A stretch of 63,642 nucleotides of DNA, filler included, from Chiloscyllium plagiosum (GCF_004010195.1; 4 parts of one record of this genome joined end to end with filler, not necessarily neighbours in it); one strand, 5' to 3'; numbered from the whole stretch's first letter, positions 25,837-38,903 are shown. A program made the numbers and translations. Notes: generated from the letters alone by a model not told the origin.

Positions 25837-26065
25837 AAGTTAAAAATCACACAACACCAGGTTATAGTCCAACAGGTTTAATTGGAAGCACACTAGCTTT
25901 CGGAGGGACGCTCCTTCATCAGGTGATTGTCACACAATCACCTGATGAAGGAGCGTCGCTCCGAAAGCTAGTGTGCTTCCAATTAAACCTGTTGGACTAT
26001 AACCTGGTGTTGTGTGATTTTTAACTTTGTACACACCAGTCCAACACCGGCATCTCCAAATCATG
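25837..26065 (+). mobile_element. PLE family A foldback element
   Basis: ~97-bp inverted arms around 25932; 13-bp TSD actgatagaaaca (25824-25836, 26066-26078); unpaired 3' tail. Confidence 0.92.
25939..25973 (+). ncRNA. Candidate minimal hammerhead ribozyme (mirror copy at 25891-25925 on the minus strand)
   Basis: cac-CUGAUGA-a-ggagc-guc-gcucc-GAAA-gc-UA-gug: stem I cac/gug, perfect stem II, palindromic AGCU stem III. Confidence 0.75.
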
Positions 26066-26314
26066 ACTGATAGAAACACACTGCCTTTGTCATTGATGCA
26101 CATTTACAAGGTGGAAAAATAAACTCCTGAACACAACCGGAAAGTTGAACTCCATTAATTTTTGAGTTACTCATGTCTAAACATTAACTGTGGGCTTTTA
26201 AAAGAATTTTGAACCATGTGGTTCAATGTTCTTTACCAACAAAACCAAGTAATAATTGCCTTTAAGGCGAAATAAAAACATCAGGATGACTGCCATCTAT
26301 AAGAGAATAATATA

Positions 26315-26689
26315 CAGTAGCGCCTCGACATACGAATGACCTCGTTCATGAATAAATCGGTTTACGAACAGGATTGTACGTAAAGTTTTGCTTCAAAGTA
26401 CGTATGAAGTTCAAGGTACGAACGAAGGTACGACCGCAAAAAGCCCATGTGCGACCACGTGGTTTCATTGTTCTGCTTTGCTACGCGCTTGTTGAACGCA
26501 AAAGCTCTCGGGCCCCGTGTGATCTCATTCAGGTTGTCTTTGGCGCGTGCGCTGAAAACAGCGTTCGTTGCTACGTCCAAGCATTCTTACACTATCCGAA
26601 CAATGGGAAAAATTGATTCAGTTTGCGAACTTTTTGGTTCGCGAACCGGGTCCCGGAACTGATTAAGTTCGTAAAGTGAGGCGCTACTG
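26315..26689. mobile_element. Tc1/mariner Tigger/pogo-like MITE, 375 bp
   Basis: TIRs CAGTAGCGCCTCGACATACGAA / TTCGTAAAGTGAGGCGCTACTG; TA on both flanks; CpG-rich; no transposase ORF. Confidence 0.9.
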
Positions 26690-27075
26690 TATATAAATAA
26701 GGAATTTTTGTCTATTTGATACAAGTTGGAAAAATAACAGTGCACGTGCTATATTTTAAATCAACTTTGAAGGCTAATTTTTTAAATTATAGTTTTTTAT
26801 TTTTCTAAGTTATATCTAGATTTTGTACCTGGGTTTCTTTGTACCTAAGATGGTGTTGAAAATGGCAGATTTGCACACTTTTACTGTATTCATGTATCCC
26901 TGTACTTGGCTATATGACAATAAACCTAATTCTAATTCACTATATCACATGTCAGTGTGACAAATCAAAGTACTCTTAATAAGCTGATCAAAACACAACT
27001 ATATTTTTTCAAGAAATTTATCATAATTGTTCATTCAGGTTAGTTCTTCAAATCACTTCCCGTTCAACAAATTCA

Positions 27076-27240
<165 letters not shown>

Positions 27241-28089
27241 TCATCATTGAGAAACAGTAATAATCATCTCAACAGAAACTGCTGTCAAAGTTGTCAAATG
27301 CAAATCACAATTCATCACAAAGTGTTGAGTGCACTTGAAGTTTAAGGCAATTAAGATTTGAGAAGTTAATTAAATTGGTTAGTTTTAAAAACATTGTTCT
27401 CACTACGTTTTTGTCCTTTTATTCTTGCCCTGGAGGCACTTGACCGAATGCTGAGGTATGTTTCCAAGGGTGTTGAATAAGTCTCAGTACTTTGCCCAAT
27501 CAACAAAACGTGTACCTGCATAAGTTCTCTGACATGTAAAAAAAATCTTAAGGGAGTTTCATGGATAGGCACGTGAAAAACATGCAAAGCCAGGAAAAGA
27601 TTAGGAACAATTGAGTAAAAATTGGGTTTCAGAGTTTGAGGAGTTTCTGAAAAACAATAAGGAGACAGAAAAATAGGCAAAGAGCCTGGAGGGAAGAATT
27701 CCAGAGAGTAAAACTAAAGTGGCAGAAAGAAAGACCAACTAAAGAAGGTGAGACAAAAGTTCAGTGAAAGATTTAGACAGAGAGAGAATTTAGGTCAGAG
27801 GATGGGGTATGGTCAGACAATGGAAGGATTGGAACTGGAGGGTTGAGAGATTGTAAAGACTGTACTGTTTTATTTTTCAGTATTTTTGGTTGTGAAATGA
27901 AATGGGAAAAGGACTATTTAGAAAGCAAAGTATCGTTGAAGGATTGCTGCACTATGTAAATGCAAGTAATCAGACACTCATTCTAAATACTGTTTATACA
28001 ACAGTTGGTTGAAAAGCTGAGTTACAGATGAACTGGGAACAGTGTGCGAATTTAGGCTGGCTATAAGTAGCTGATTGTTCTTTAGATTG

Positions 28090-28172
28090 AGAATGATCAG
28101 CCATGATCATAATGAATGGTGGTGCTGGCTCGAAGGGCAGAATGGCCTACTCCTGCATCTATTGTCTATTGT
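28090..28172 (+). mobile_element. CR1 extreme 3' tip
   Basis: gatcagccatgatc..gctcgaagggcagaatggcctactcctgc..(ctattgt)2. Confidence 0.8.
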
Positions 28173-28538
28173 ATTAGCAACCAGTTATCAATGACAAAGT
28201 TCTCCTGTCTGCTGACAAATATGTGTGATTGGCTCAGAGGTACTTAAACAGCTTGTGAATAGAAATGATTGAGGGAGAATTCATCAGACCTCCAGAAGGG
28301 AAGGAACTGCTTTTGCTCTGCAGTGAAATATCATCTGAAGCCTAGAGATAGCAAGTTGCTCTCCTCTCAATTTCTGCCGCTGTGACTTTTTAAATAATTA
28401 GAGATCACTCCTGAAAACAAGTGAAAATTTCCAAAAAGGGAAGATGAAGAAGCATCAGAGAGACAGAGAGAGAGAGAGAAAAAGAGTCCACTGGACCACC
28501 ATCCCACCTTTATCTGCCCATAATACACGTTTTATTTT

Positions 28539-28945
28539 ATTTTTTCTCTCTTTCTTTTTTTACTTTTCTTTTTTTTCTACCACCTAAGTGCGGTAGTGCT
28601 TATTTTATCCCCAGCACCCATGGTGTGTGTGTGTGTGCAGGTGTGAGACACAGTGAAAGACACAAAGTGCACGAATCTTTATTCAAATTCTGGGACTGAA
28701 GTGCAACCAAAAGCAGAGGAGGAGGTTTTTCAGAAAATCAAAAAGTGAGTGCAAACGCCCACACCCAATATACACGTGGTCCACGGACTCCACGGCGCCA
28801 CAGAACAAGCAGTTGGGCTGGGAGTCCGTGAACCACCGCAATCTGCGGTTGCAGGGGACTGCTGCGTGCAGCACCCTCCACCCCAGATCCCCGAGAGAAA
28901 GGGGGAGGACTCCCGCGTAGAGAGCCCTCCACTGGGGATCCCCAG
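28539..28945 (-). mobile_element. 5'-truncated, internally deleted Tx1/L1-clade LINE (copy a)
   Basis: Poly(T), 3' UTR hairpin, zinc-knuckle region CLFCGAVESVDHVYIGC; TSD taatacacRttttatttt at 28521 and 28946. Confidence 0.88.
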
Positions 28946-30110
28946 TAATACACATTTTATTTTGTCTGTCTGCACAGGTGTGTAGAGGAAAAGTTCAAGA
29001 AGTATGTTATACTTTTAACTCGTAGTCTTATATGTTGATGATTACAATTGTTTATCATAATTAGAAACTAGTTGTTTGCAATAAATAATAAATATTGTCA
29101 AGAAAGAAAGGTAACTTGTGGATTTTTTTTTTTACTGCCCTTTCTCCTGTTTGTTTTTTTTTCTTCCCCTTTCTTTTTTAACCCCCACACTACCACCTAA
29201 GTGCGGTAGTGCTTATTTTATCCCCAGCACCCATGGTGTGTGTGTGCAGGTGGGAGGCACAGTGGAAGACACAAAGTGCACCAATCTTTATTCAATTTCC
29301 ACAACCAGGAAGATAGGAAAACACGCGGGTGGCCAGTGACAAACACTGCCCTTCACAGCAAGGGACAGTGCTGTGTGATCAAAACAGTGAGGGGGAGGGT
29401 AGGGACTAAATCAAAATAGAGTTGGAGGGAGAAATGATGCACTCCTCTCCCTGCGGCGCCCACCTCTCCCTGAACAACTCCAGGGTGTTGGTGGACACCG
29501 CGTGCTCCTTCTCCAAGGACACCCGGGCTCTAACGTAACCGCGGAAGAGGAGCAGGCAGTCGGCCCTAACGACCCCCTCCACGGCCCGCTGCCTGGACCT
29601 GTTAATGGCCAGTTTGGCTAGGCCCAGGAGCAGACCCACGAGGAGGTCTTCAGACCTGCCCTCCTTCCTCCGTACCGGCTGCCCAAAAATCAGGAGCGTG
29701 GGACTGAAGTGCAACCAAAAACAGAGGAGAAGGTTTTTAAGAAAATCAAAAAGGGAGTGCAAACGTCCACGGACTCCACAGCGCCACAGAACAAGCAGTT
29801 GGGCTGGGAGTCTGTGAACCACCGCAATCTGCGGTTGCAGGGGACTGCTGCATGCAGCACCCTCCACCCCAGATCCCCGAGAGAAAGGGGAAGGACTCCC
29901 GCGTAGAGAGCCCTCCACTGGGGATCCCCAGTAATACACATTTTATTTTGTCTGTCTGCACAGGTGTGTAGAGGAAAAGTTCAAGAAGTATGTTATACTT
30001 TTAACTCGTAGTCTTATATGTTGATGATTACAATTGTTTATCATAATTAGAAACTAGTTGTTTGCAATAAATAATAAATATTGTCAAGAAAGAAAGGTAA
30101 CTTGTGGATT
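28946..30110 (+). repeat. Exact ~178-bp direct duplication of non-LINE flank (28946-29124 and 29932-30110)
   Basis: I see no mismatch between the two copies. Confidence 0.92.
29122..29931 (-). mobile_element. 5'-truncated Tx1/L1-clade LINE (copy b)
   Basis: ORF2 C-terminus LLLGLAKLAINRSRQ..FRERWAPQG (ORF 29406-29939); same 5' junction as copy a. Confidence 0.9.
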
Positions 30111-30220
30111 CTTCACTGTTGTAAAATCGTTAACTTGTAATTACTCAGGGACTAGCAGGGCTTGATTGCAGCACACTGCTCCATTGTGACATAACAACAT
30201 GGGAAGCCAACGGTGGTAAA

Positions 30221-30330
30221 TGCAGTGATTATAATGAGGTCAGCCAGGTGAACCTCAGAATATGAATTCACTAATTGGTGCTGTTAATCTGGTCCAATCA
30301 GAGAGTCCTGGCTGATAGATAAGAACAGGG
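30221..30330 (+). mobile_element. 5' half of an LTR of the same family as the Gypsy at 50314-55223
   Basis: tgcagtgattataatgaggtcagccagg..ctggctgatagataagaacagg matches the reverse complement of 55113-55223. Confidence 0.85.
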
Positions 30331-30620
30331 AGCTTGCCTTAGAGCGGTCGGAAGGTGGGAGGGGCGGGGGCTTGCTGGGTCTGTATTGTCTGCACTTTTG
30401 TATGTAACGGTATTGTCTAATGTATAAATGTCATTGTCATTGTCTTGTCACACGTGGAACTGGGATTTGAGGTTTGTCCTCCTCCCTGTAAAATGGTTGA
30501 ACGGTAGGGTTCGGGGCCTAGCTTTGCTGCTCCCCTCCCTTGTAAAACTGCTGTCTTTCGTGTACAGCTGTCAATGTTTTTTGTAAACTGTTTTGTAACT
30601 TGTTCAATAAAAAAAAAAAA
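30331..30620 (+). mobile_element. Polyadenylated LINE-like 3' end inserted in the LTR
   Basis: Ends caataaa-poly(A); aacaggg on both sides (30324-30330, 30625-30631). Confidence 0.65.
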
Positions 30621-30736
30621 TATAAACAGGGAAAAAAAAATAAAAAAAAAAATTAACCCTTTGAGGCTGTCCTAGAGGTGGTCGAAAGGTGTGTCAGGGC
30701 GGACCGAGAACTGGAAGGGGCATGGGGTGGACCGAG

Positions 30737-30836
30737 NNNNNNNNNNNNNNNNNNNNNNNNNNNNNNNNNNNNNNNNNNNNTTAATTAATTAANNNNNNNN
30801 NNNNNNNNNNNNNNNNNNNNNNNNNNNNNNNNNNNN
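30737..30836. other. Assembly gap spacer
   Basis: 44 N + TTAATTAATTAA + 44 N. Confidence 0.97.
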
Positions 30837-31158
30837 AACTTTTTCATGCAGAGGGTGGTACGTGTATGGAATAAGCTGCCAGAGGATGTGGTGGAGACTG
30901 GTACAATTGCAACATTTAAGAGGCATTTGGATAGGTATATGAATAGGAAGGGTTTGGAGGGATATAGGCCAGGTGCTGGCAGGTGGGACTAGATTGGGTT
31001 GCGATATCTGGTTGGCATGGACAAGTTGGACTGAGGGTCTGTTTCCATGCTGTACATCTCTATAGCTCTATGACTCTAAGAGGGACTAGATTAGGTTGGG
31101 GTATCTGGTCGACACGGACAGCGGTCTGTTTCCGTGCTGTACATCTCTATGACTCTAC
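30837..31158 (+). mobile_element. CR1 3' end with a second 3' tip in tandem
   Basis: Tail gtctgtttccRtgctgtacatctctat occurs twice (~31037 and ~31124). Confidence 0.88.
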
Positions 31159-32779
31159 TTGCTACAGTTGATGTTTTGGTGCTAATGCAATGCATGGGAC
31201 TGGCTTTGCACTGCACTTAGCTCATGTAACCTAATCTAGGGAGAGAGGAAAGGCCATTCAAATACAGCACCTAATGAAGGTCCAAGCAGTTATCAATAGA
31301 GAAAAAAGTAATTAGTTTCCACAATTGGTGGCCAGCTAGTCTTCTGTTGCTCAATTACTGTCCTCAACAACAATTATTGGCTCAGCATAAAGAGAAAAAG
31401 AGCCAAATCAGTATCAACTAACCATCAACTTTATTAGTTTAGTTAAAACAAACGTTCAAATTACACTTTTTGGTTAAGGAAAGGTTAACAGCAGGCATAC
31501 AGTACATTCGAGGCTAATATCTATATGCAGGCCCATTAAGTTTCTATGACGTTCTCTGAACAATCAAAGAATTTAAAGGCTAATCCCTGAGAATAGGAGC
31601 TCAAGCTGGCCAGAGGATTCCCCAAGTCCTTGGTATTATCTTTGTACTTCCAAGCATGGAGTCCTTAACTTTGCGAAGGTTAATCTCCAGAGTATTCACT
31701 GCTGGCACATCAAAGTATTTCATTTTCATCCTTTTTCCTTATCTCCTCAAACTGCAGTGTCTTATTCTTCATTGTTTTTGGTTCATCTGCCAAGCCTGCA
31801 ACTTTTCATTATTGGCTGCAGCCAAAGGACACCAGCACCATTACCTCATTACTCTTCCACCAAATAAGGATTTATACCTTATGTCATTCTTTGGAGCTGA
31901 TCTGGTTCAAGCCAGCAGCTGGGGCTCAAGTAACTTCAGTTCACAAAATGCTGGTTTTATGTGTGAAAGGCACTGGCCAACATCTCCCATCTCTTGATCC
32001 AAAATTATCTACCAATGGATTAAAAATTTCCCCAGCTCTCTTCATATGTATCTGTCTTGCGAATATGTTTGCTTCCACACCAATTTTATGAATGATTGTA
32101 CCATTGACTGCTAACTACCTCCATATGCAAGTATCCTCTCTGAGCTGCAACGTACATGGTATCAAACAATGCAGCTCTAAGAAGTTGCAAAGTGTTTTTC
32201 CTCTTACTTATGCTTCCCCCTTGCTTTTGGAGGAATCTGTATGTCACTTGATGGGCAATTTCACTCAGTTGACTATCACTCCTCCTATAGTCCACATTCT
32301 TTCACTTCTGTAACATTTTTCACATAATAACTAATCACACCTTTTATTTTGTTTCTTTTACCTCCCTTTCACTAATACTACTTTCATTGTTTTAAAGTCA
32401 GTTTCTCTTTGGATAATGTGTCAGTGTCTTATTGTTTAAACTATGTTTTCATGCTTTCCCAGGCTACTCTAATCCTCTTGTCAAGTAAATGTGCTGAGAC
32501 CTGTTCTTCAGTGCATTTTATTTTTACAATGCATTTCCTCATGTTTATTACCTCCAAGGCATATCTATACCAGTATCCCAAGACCATGTCAGACAATCAT
32601 GATTGTCATCTGATCTTATCAAAGGTTTTCTTTATCTGTGCATGCATCATCCTGGTGCCTCGGGTAGCGGCTCAACTATCAAATTCAGTTCTTATAAAAG
32701 GAGAGATAAAGGCATAAACATCGCCAAAAGAAAGCCATCAGATTAGTGCTTTCATCTGGTCATTTCCAGGAGAAGCACT

Positions 32780-34456
32780 TTATGAATACATTTCATCAGT
32801 ATTCACATTGGAAAAGGGCAATGTTAGCGAGATTATGGAGATACAGGTTACTAGATTAGATGGAATTGCAGTTGACAAAGACGAGGTCTTAGCAATTTTG
32901 GAAGATCTGAAAATAGGTAAGTCCCCTGGGTTGGATGTGATTTATCCTCGGATTATCTGGAAAGCCAGGGAGGATTTTGCAGAGCCTTTGGCTTTGATCT
33001 TTATGTCATCATTGTTGACAGGAGCAATGCCAGAAGACTGAAGGATAGCAAATGTTGTTCCTTTGTTTAAGGAGGAAAGTCAGGATGATCCTTGTAATTA
33101 TAGGCCAGTGAGCCTTACTTCGGTTGTGGGTAAGGTGTTGGAAAAGATTACAAGAGATAGGATTTATAATCATCTGGAAAGGAATAATTTGATTACGCAT
33201 AGTTTTGTGAAGGGTAGATCGTGCTCACTAACCTTACTGAGTTCTTCGAGAAGGTGACAAAATTGGTGGATGAAGGTAAATCGGTTGATGTAGTGTATAT
33301 GGACTTCAGCAAGGCATTGATAAGGTTCCACATGGTAGGCTATGGCATAAACACGGAGTTTCAGGATTGAAGGTGATTTAACGAATTGGATCTGAAATTG
33401 GCTGGCTGAAAGAAGACAGATGGTGATAGTTGATGGGAAATGTTCATCCTGGAGCTCAGTTACCAGTGGTGTGCCACAAGGATCTGTTTTGAGGCCACAG
33501 CTGTTGGTCATTTTTATAAATGATCTGGGATGTGGTCGTAGAAGGAGGGGTTAGTAAATTTGTGGATGACACTAAGGTAGACAGAGTTGTGGATTGTACT
33601 GAAGGACATTGTGGGTTACAGACGGAGATAGATAAGATGCAGAGCTGGGCTGAGAAGTGACAAATGGAGTTTAATTTAGAAAAGTGTAAGATAGTTCACT
33701 TCAGAACAAGTAATAGAAATGCAGAGTACTAGGTTAATGGTAAAATTCTTGGCAGTGTAGATGAAAAAAGAGATCGCTGTGTCCAGGTACATAAATCCCT
33801 GAAAGTTGCCACCCAGGTTGATTGAGTTGCTAAGAAGGCATATGGTGTGTTGACGTATATTGGTAGGGGGATTGTGTTTTGGAGCCACAAGGTCATGCTT
33901 CAGCTGTACAAGACACTGGTAAGGCCACACCTGTAATATTGCATACAGTTCTGGTCACCGCATTAGAGGAAGGATGTGGAAGCTTTGGAAAGGGTTCAGA
34001 GGAGATTTACTAGGACATTACCTAGTGTGGAAAGAAAGTCTTACGAGGAAAGGCTGAAAGAACTGAGGCTGTTTTCGTTGGCGAGATGAAGGTTGAGAGG
34101 TGACTTAATTGAGACGTATAAGATAATGAGAGAGTTAGATAGGGTAGATAGTGAGAGCCATTTTCCTCAGATGGTGAAGGCCAACATGTGGGGACATAGC
34201 TTTAAATTAAGGGATGATAGATTTAGGACAGATATCGGAGTAGTTTCTTTACTCAGAGATTAGTAGGGACATGGAACAGCCTGCCTGCAACAGTAGTAGA
34301 CTAACTGACATTAAGAACATTTCAATGGGCATTGGACATACATATGGATAATAATGGAGTGGTGTAGATTAGATGGGCATCAGGTTAATTTCATAGGTTG
34401 GTGCAACATCGAAGGCCGAAGGGCCTGTACTGCGCTGTAACGTTCTATGTTCTATG
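32780..34456 (+). mobile_element. CR1 LINE, 1.7-kb RT and 3' end, with stops and frameshifts
   Basis: [32 protein letters not shown] and SKFVDDTK motifs; (ttctatg)n tail. Confidence 0.93.
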
Positions 34457-36304
34457 TGAGCTTCCCATTCACTGAAAATAATTCACCTCAATTGCTATTA
34501 AAACCCATTATTCTAATTTTTCTTTTGGCTTCTGCCACCACTCTCTATCTTTAATCACTTCCTCTCATCCAATTTTACAATTCAGCTATCTAATTTCAGA
34601 GTTCTGGAGAGATTTGTAGTCTAATGAAACATAATCTTACAATATCTTAAAACAGAAGTTAAACATTCCCTGTTTAATTCAGGCAAAAACATACTTTGTT
34701 TATTCTTTCTCTAAGATGACCACCATTTTTAAAAGTTACATGATAATTCATTTCTGATTTTTGATATACCTGTATGTAAATTTGTCCAAATTCAATATTT
34801 TGTATACTCCCTCAAAGTCACTAACGTTTTTTTAATGCCTTGACACCACTGAGATTGTGAGCATGCAATTTATCATTTTCCAAAATCCTTCTAAACTTTC
34901 AGTTACTATTGCCTTTAAATATTTTAGAATACCAGGCCATGTGAGTCTGAATATAATTTTCCTGAAACTCAATGTTTTCACTGTAGTTTTTCCATATTGA
35001 GATGCATTGTTAATGATTGGCCTGATGGATTGAGCATGCCTCATCCATTATTGCGTTGAGACATTGGGTGAGTGCAGACAGGTTCAGAAGTTCAATGCCA
35101 TTGGCAAATGCCTTCAGTATCTTCAATTGCCTGGAAAGCGAACAATATCCATCCATTCCACTTCAAGCAGAATAGTTTTATTAGTGAAGCTTACTGCTGG
35201 GTTAAAGGGGTTTGGTGAAAACTTCTGGATGTAATTACGTCAACAGTCCCTCTTATTCCTCTATAGAAATAACAACCATGTGTTAAAATTCATTTCTGAA
35301 TGAAGAAAAAGCTTACCTCCTTTGTTATACTGTACTTTCCTTTTTAACTCCTTGATATCAGTTTTATTAGATCTTGGAATATATCATCAGATACTTTTAT
35401 TCAAAGAGAATTGTATTTTCAAAATTTCCATTTCCCCATTACTCAAAAGCTTCTACACCAAATCTTATCATCCAGAATTAAAAATACACACGTTTAAACA
35501 ACATTTGGAAGTTCACTCTGACCAGAAAATGAAATTGCAAAGATGATAATTTAAACATAAAGTTTCTGAAATTAAAATTTATCCAAGATTTTTTCCTCAA
35601 TTCAAACACAACACAGATAGTACACTAACGTGAGGAAAGACCAAATAAGTTACATTTTTTGACTTGATTTTACTCCTTTAATTAATTTTAATCAACTGTA
35701 GCCAATTCCAAGAGGTAAATTTTTACCAAGATTTAAGAATCAAATTTTAAACCGACATTTTGTAACAGATTTTTCCCTTACACAACCTGTAATAGTTCCT
35801 TAAAAAGCCATTACATTAACCATATACATTTCACACTAATACAGGCACAGACCATGCTTTCAAATCACCAGACATTTCTAAAATACAAACTAAATTTTCT
35901 AATGGATGACAGACTAGGAGTGAACATGAATATAGTCTCTTTTCTTTCTTTCTTTGCACTTGATTATCATTATTCACAGACTTTTTCTGTCGTAAAAATT
36001 AAATAAGATTTATAAATCCGACAGGACTAATATGTAATATAGTAAGACACATTTAGCACTTATGAATCTTGAACGGTTAAATGCAATATTAGCCTGAAAG
36101 CAGACTAGAGAGTATGAATGAATTCTTGTGTTCAGGATAAGGGGAAGACATGAAATGGAAGCTTTCTGTTGGTTTTGCAAGAATAAAATGTAAACCGTGT
36201 ATGCATATGAAGGTTGATGGTTTTCTGTATGTATCGTTCAGCTGTGGAACAAAGCCAGGACAGAGCATCAGACAGCATTCTGTTTAGCCGGTTTAATACT
36301 GAAT

Positions 36305-36436
36305 TAGAGACAAAAAAACTGCAGATGCTGGAATCCAAAATAGACAGACAGAAGGCTGGAAGAACATAGCAAGCCAGGCGGCATCAGGAGGTGGAAAAGT
36401 CAATGTTTCAGGTATAACCTTTCTTCAGGACTGGGA
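36305..36436 (-). mobile_element. PLE 3'-end fragment with hammerhead-like remnant
   Basis: Minus strand agtc-CTGAAGA-aaggt-tat-acct-GAAA-catt-gact. Confidence 0.7.
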
Positions 36437-36559
36437 GCACCTGATGCAGTAAACGAGATGAATGTCTGGTGATTTGAAAGCATCGCCTGTACCAGTCTGG
36501 GACATATACGGTTAATGTAATGTCTTTTTAAGGAACTACTACAAGTTGTGTAAGAGAAA

Positions 36560-37170
36560 AATCTGTTACGAAATGTTGATTTAGGATGCTCCTGATGTGG
36601 TCTTCTCTACATCAGGGAGACTGAATGTAAACTTTAGATTAGATTAGATTAGATTACAGTGTGGAAACAGGCCCTTCGGCCCAACAAGTCCACACCGACC
36701 TGCCGAAGCGCAACCCACCCATACCCCTACATTTACCCCTTACCTAACACTACGGGCAATTTAGCATGGCCAATTCACCTGGTGCAAACTCCACACAGTC
36801 AGTCGCCTGAGGCGGGAATTGAACCCGGGTCTCCGGCGCTGTGAGGCAGCAGTGCTAACCACTGTGCCACCGTGCCGCCCACTTGGGGAACTTGGGGAAC
36901 AGTTCGCTGAGCATTATCACTGGGTCTATAGGGACCGACTGGACCTCCCAGTCACCACTCATTTCAATTCCCCTTCCCATTCCCTTTCCGACATGACCAT
37001 CCTTGGCCTTCTTCATTACCACAACATACTACACCGCAAATTGGAGAAACAACACTTCATCTTCTATCTGGGCAGCCTACGGCCCAGAGGACTCAACATT
37101 GAGTTCTCCAATTTCAAATAACTTTTCTTCCCATCCTCCAACCCTCTTCTCTCCCTTCTAGTCCTCCCTG
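36560..37170 (+). mobile_element. PLE GIY-YIG fragment split by a SINE
   Basis: CGLLYIRETECKL + GEQFAEH..LPVTTHFNSPSHS..LGSLRPRGLNIEF. Confidence 0.85.
36634..36880 (-). mobile_element. HE1-type SINE with an internal deletion
   Basis: Matches 4999-5317 but lacks the segment between ttcacctg and gtgcaaactcc. Confidence 0.9.
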
Positions 37171-38417
37171 CCTGTCTAGTTTAATATTGAGGTTATTTTA
37201 ATAAATAAAAAGTTAACCGACATAACTGAATCCTTCTGTGGTCTGAATAAGAACAATTTATGCCAACATCTCTTCACTGACCATCTTCCGTAATGATTGC
37301 TGCTGGAAAGTGAGAGAGCAAAACCTTACCTGCTCTGATGAGTGGGATGAGATAAATATGTCGGTGATTGAATGAGTGAGTCTATGGTGAATGATTGAAC
37401 AAGGCATAGGGGTATGGACGGTTCGCTGTGCTTGGATCAGAGCCCATGTCAATGATTGTGGAGTGGAGGAGGTAAGGGCTCAGTCAAGGAGCAGCACCAG
37501 GGGCCCTGATTTCTGACCATAGCCCTATGCAGCAGTGTTGGATATCCAGGATTAACAGTCTCAGCCGTATACTTTCTTGTCTCTTTGTGCATATTTCAAG
37601 AGGTGTAGATTCTCCATATATTGTCAGTGATGTCTGTGCAATTCTATTTCATATAAAAACCAAAGGGAAATTGAACAAGGAACATGAATATACTTCAGAT
37701 GGATTTTCATTTTAGAAATGGGTAATCAACTTGTCCCTGAAGTAAGTACATGGAAAGATGTGGATTAAACATTTAAACGTTGATATGTAAGAGTCTGGAA
37801 CCTGCTTTGGAAAAAGGGTCGATATTCAACCTTAGTGCTATATACAACTGAAGTAGTAACAGGCCCATGCAGCCTCTGCCCAATCAGTCCCTTGTTCACA
37901 GGTTTATTGTTCCAAGTAAATTGCAGCAGATCACAGCAATAGTGGGCCAATAGAATCTAATGTGAAATGATCTCTGCTTGGATCTTCTAATAATTCTGGT
38001 TGTTCCCAGTTTAATTAACTTTGCTGGTTAGATACCATTGCAGTTTTCCACTACTTTCAACCTGTGGAACAATGCAATGGCCGACTGAGATTTTCAGAGG
38101 TCAGCTTTGTGTACTGGACCACTCAGAGGTTTGTGAATCTGTTGAGGACATTGGCATGGGCAAAATAACAATATTTTACACTTAGGTTCTCTAAAGATAA
38201 TGTTTTAGAACAGCTCATTTTTACTTTATTTCCTGATACTAAAGGACAACATAGGGAGTGAGGTTTGTAACTTTTCAAGGCCCAAGAAGGTGATTTGCTT
38301 TTTGTAGTTTCTATAATCTTCTTTCCATGTTATTAAACAATGACAATTGCCTTTTAAGTTCATGAGCATCCTGATCTCTGAATAGGAAAGGCCACAATGA
38401 TTGGAGACTGCTTCAAA

Positions 38418-38716
38418 GCGCGGCATGGTGGCCCAGTGGTTAGCACTGCTGCCTCACAGCGCCAGAGTCCGGGGTTCTGACTGTGTGACTGTGTGGAGTT
38501 TGCACATTCTCCCCGTGTCTGCGTGGGTTTCCTCCGGGTGCTCCGGTTTCCTCCCACAGTCCAAAGATGTGCAGGTCAGGTGAATTGGCCATACTAAATT
38601 GCCCGTAGTGTTAGGTTAGGGGTATGTGTGGGTTGCGCTTCGGCGGGTCGGTGTGGACTTGTTGGGCCGAAGGGCCTGTTTCCACACTGTAATGTAATGT
38701 AATCTAATCTAATCTA
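38418..38716 (+). mobile_element. HE1-type SINE
   Basis: tRNA-like head, central domain, (AATGT)(AATCT)n tail. Confidence 0.9.
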
Positions 38717-38903
38717 AAATGCCAGCTTTGCAATTTGATAGTTTCAGTGGAAAAGTTTTGCAGACTTCTCACCAACAATATTAGAGAGAATATGGACATC
38801 TGACTTATTTGCTATAATGCTGATCCATTACTTAACATGTTGTCAAATAGATATAACATCTGATCACTACTGCCACATTTTGCTGGGCTAACACCATTAG
38901 TAA

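Noticed and set aside
35190..35330. Minus-strand donor/acceptor pair
   Set aside because: The implied intron is only ~56 nt and the downstream frame is short and unrecognisable.
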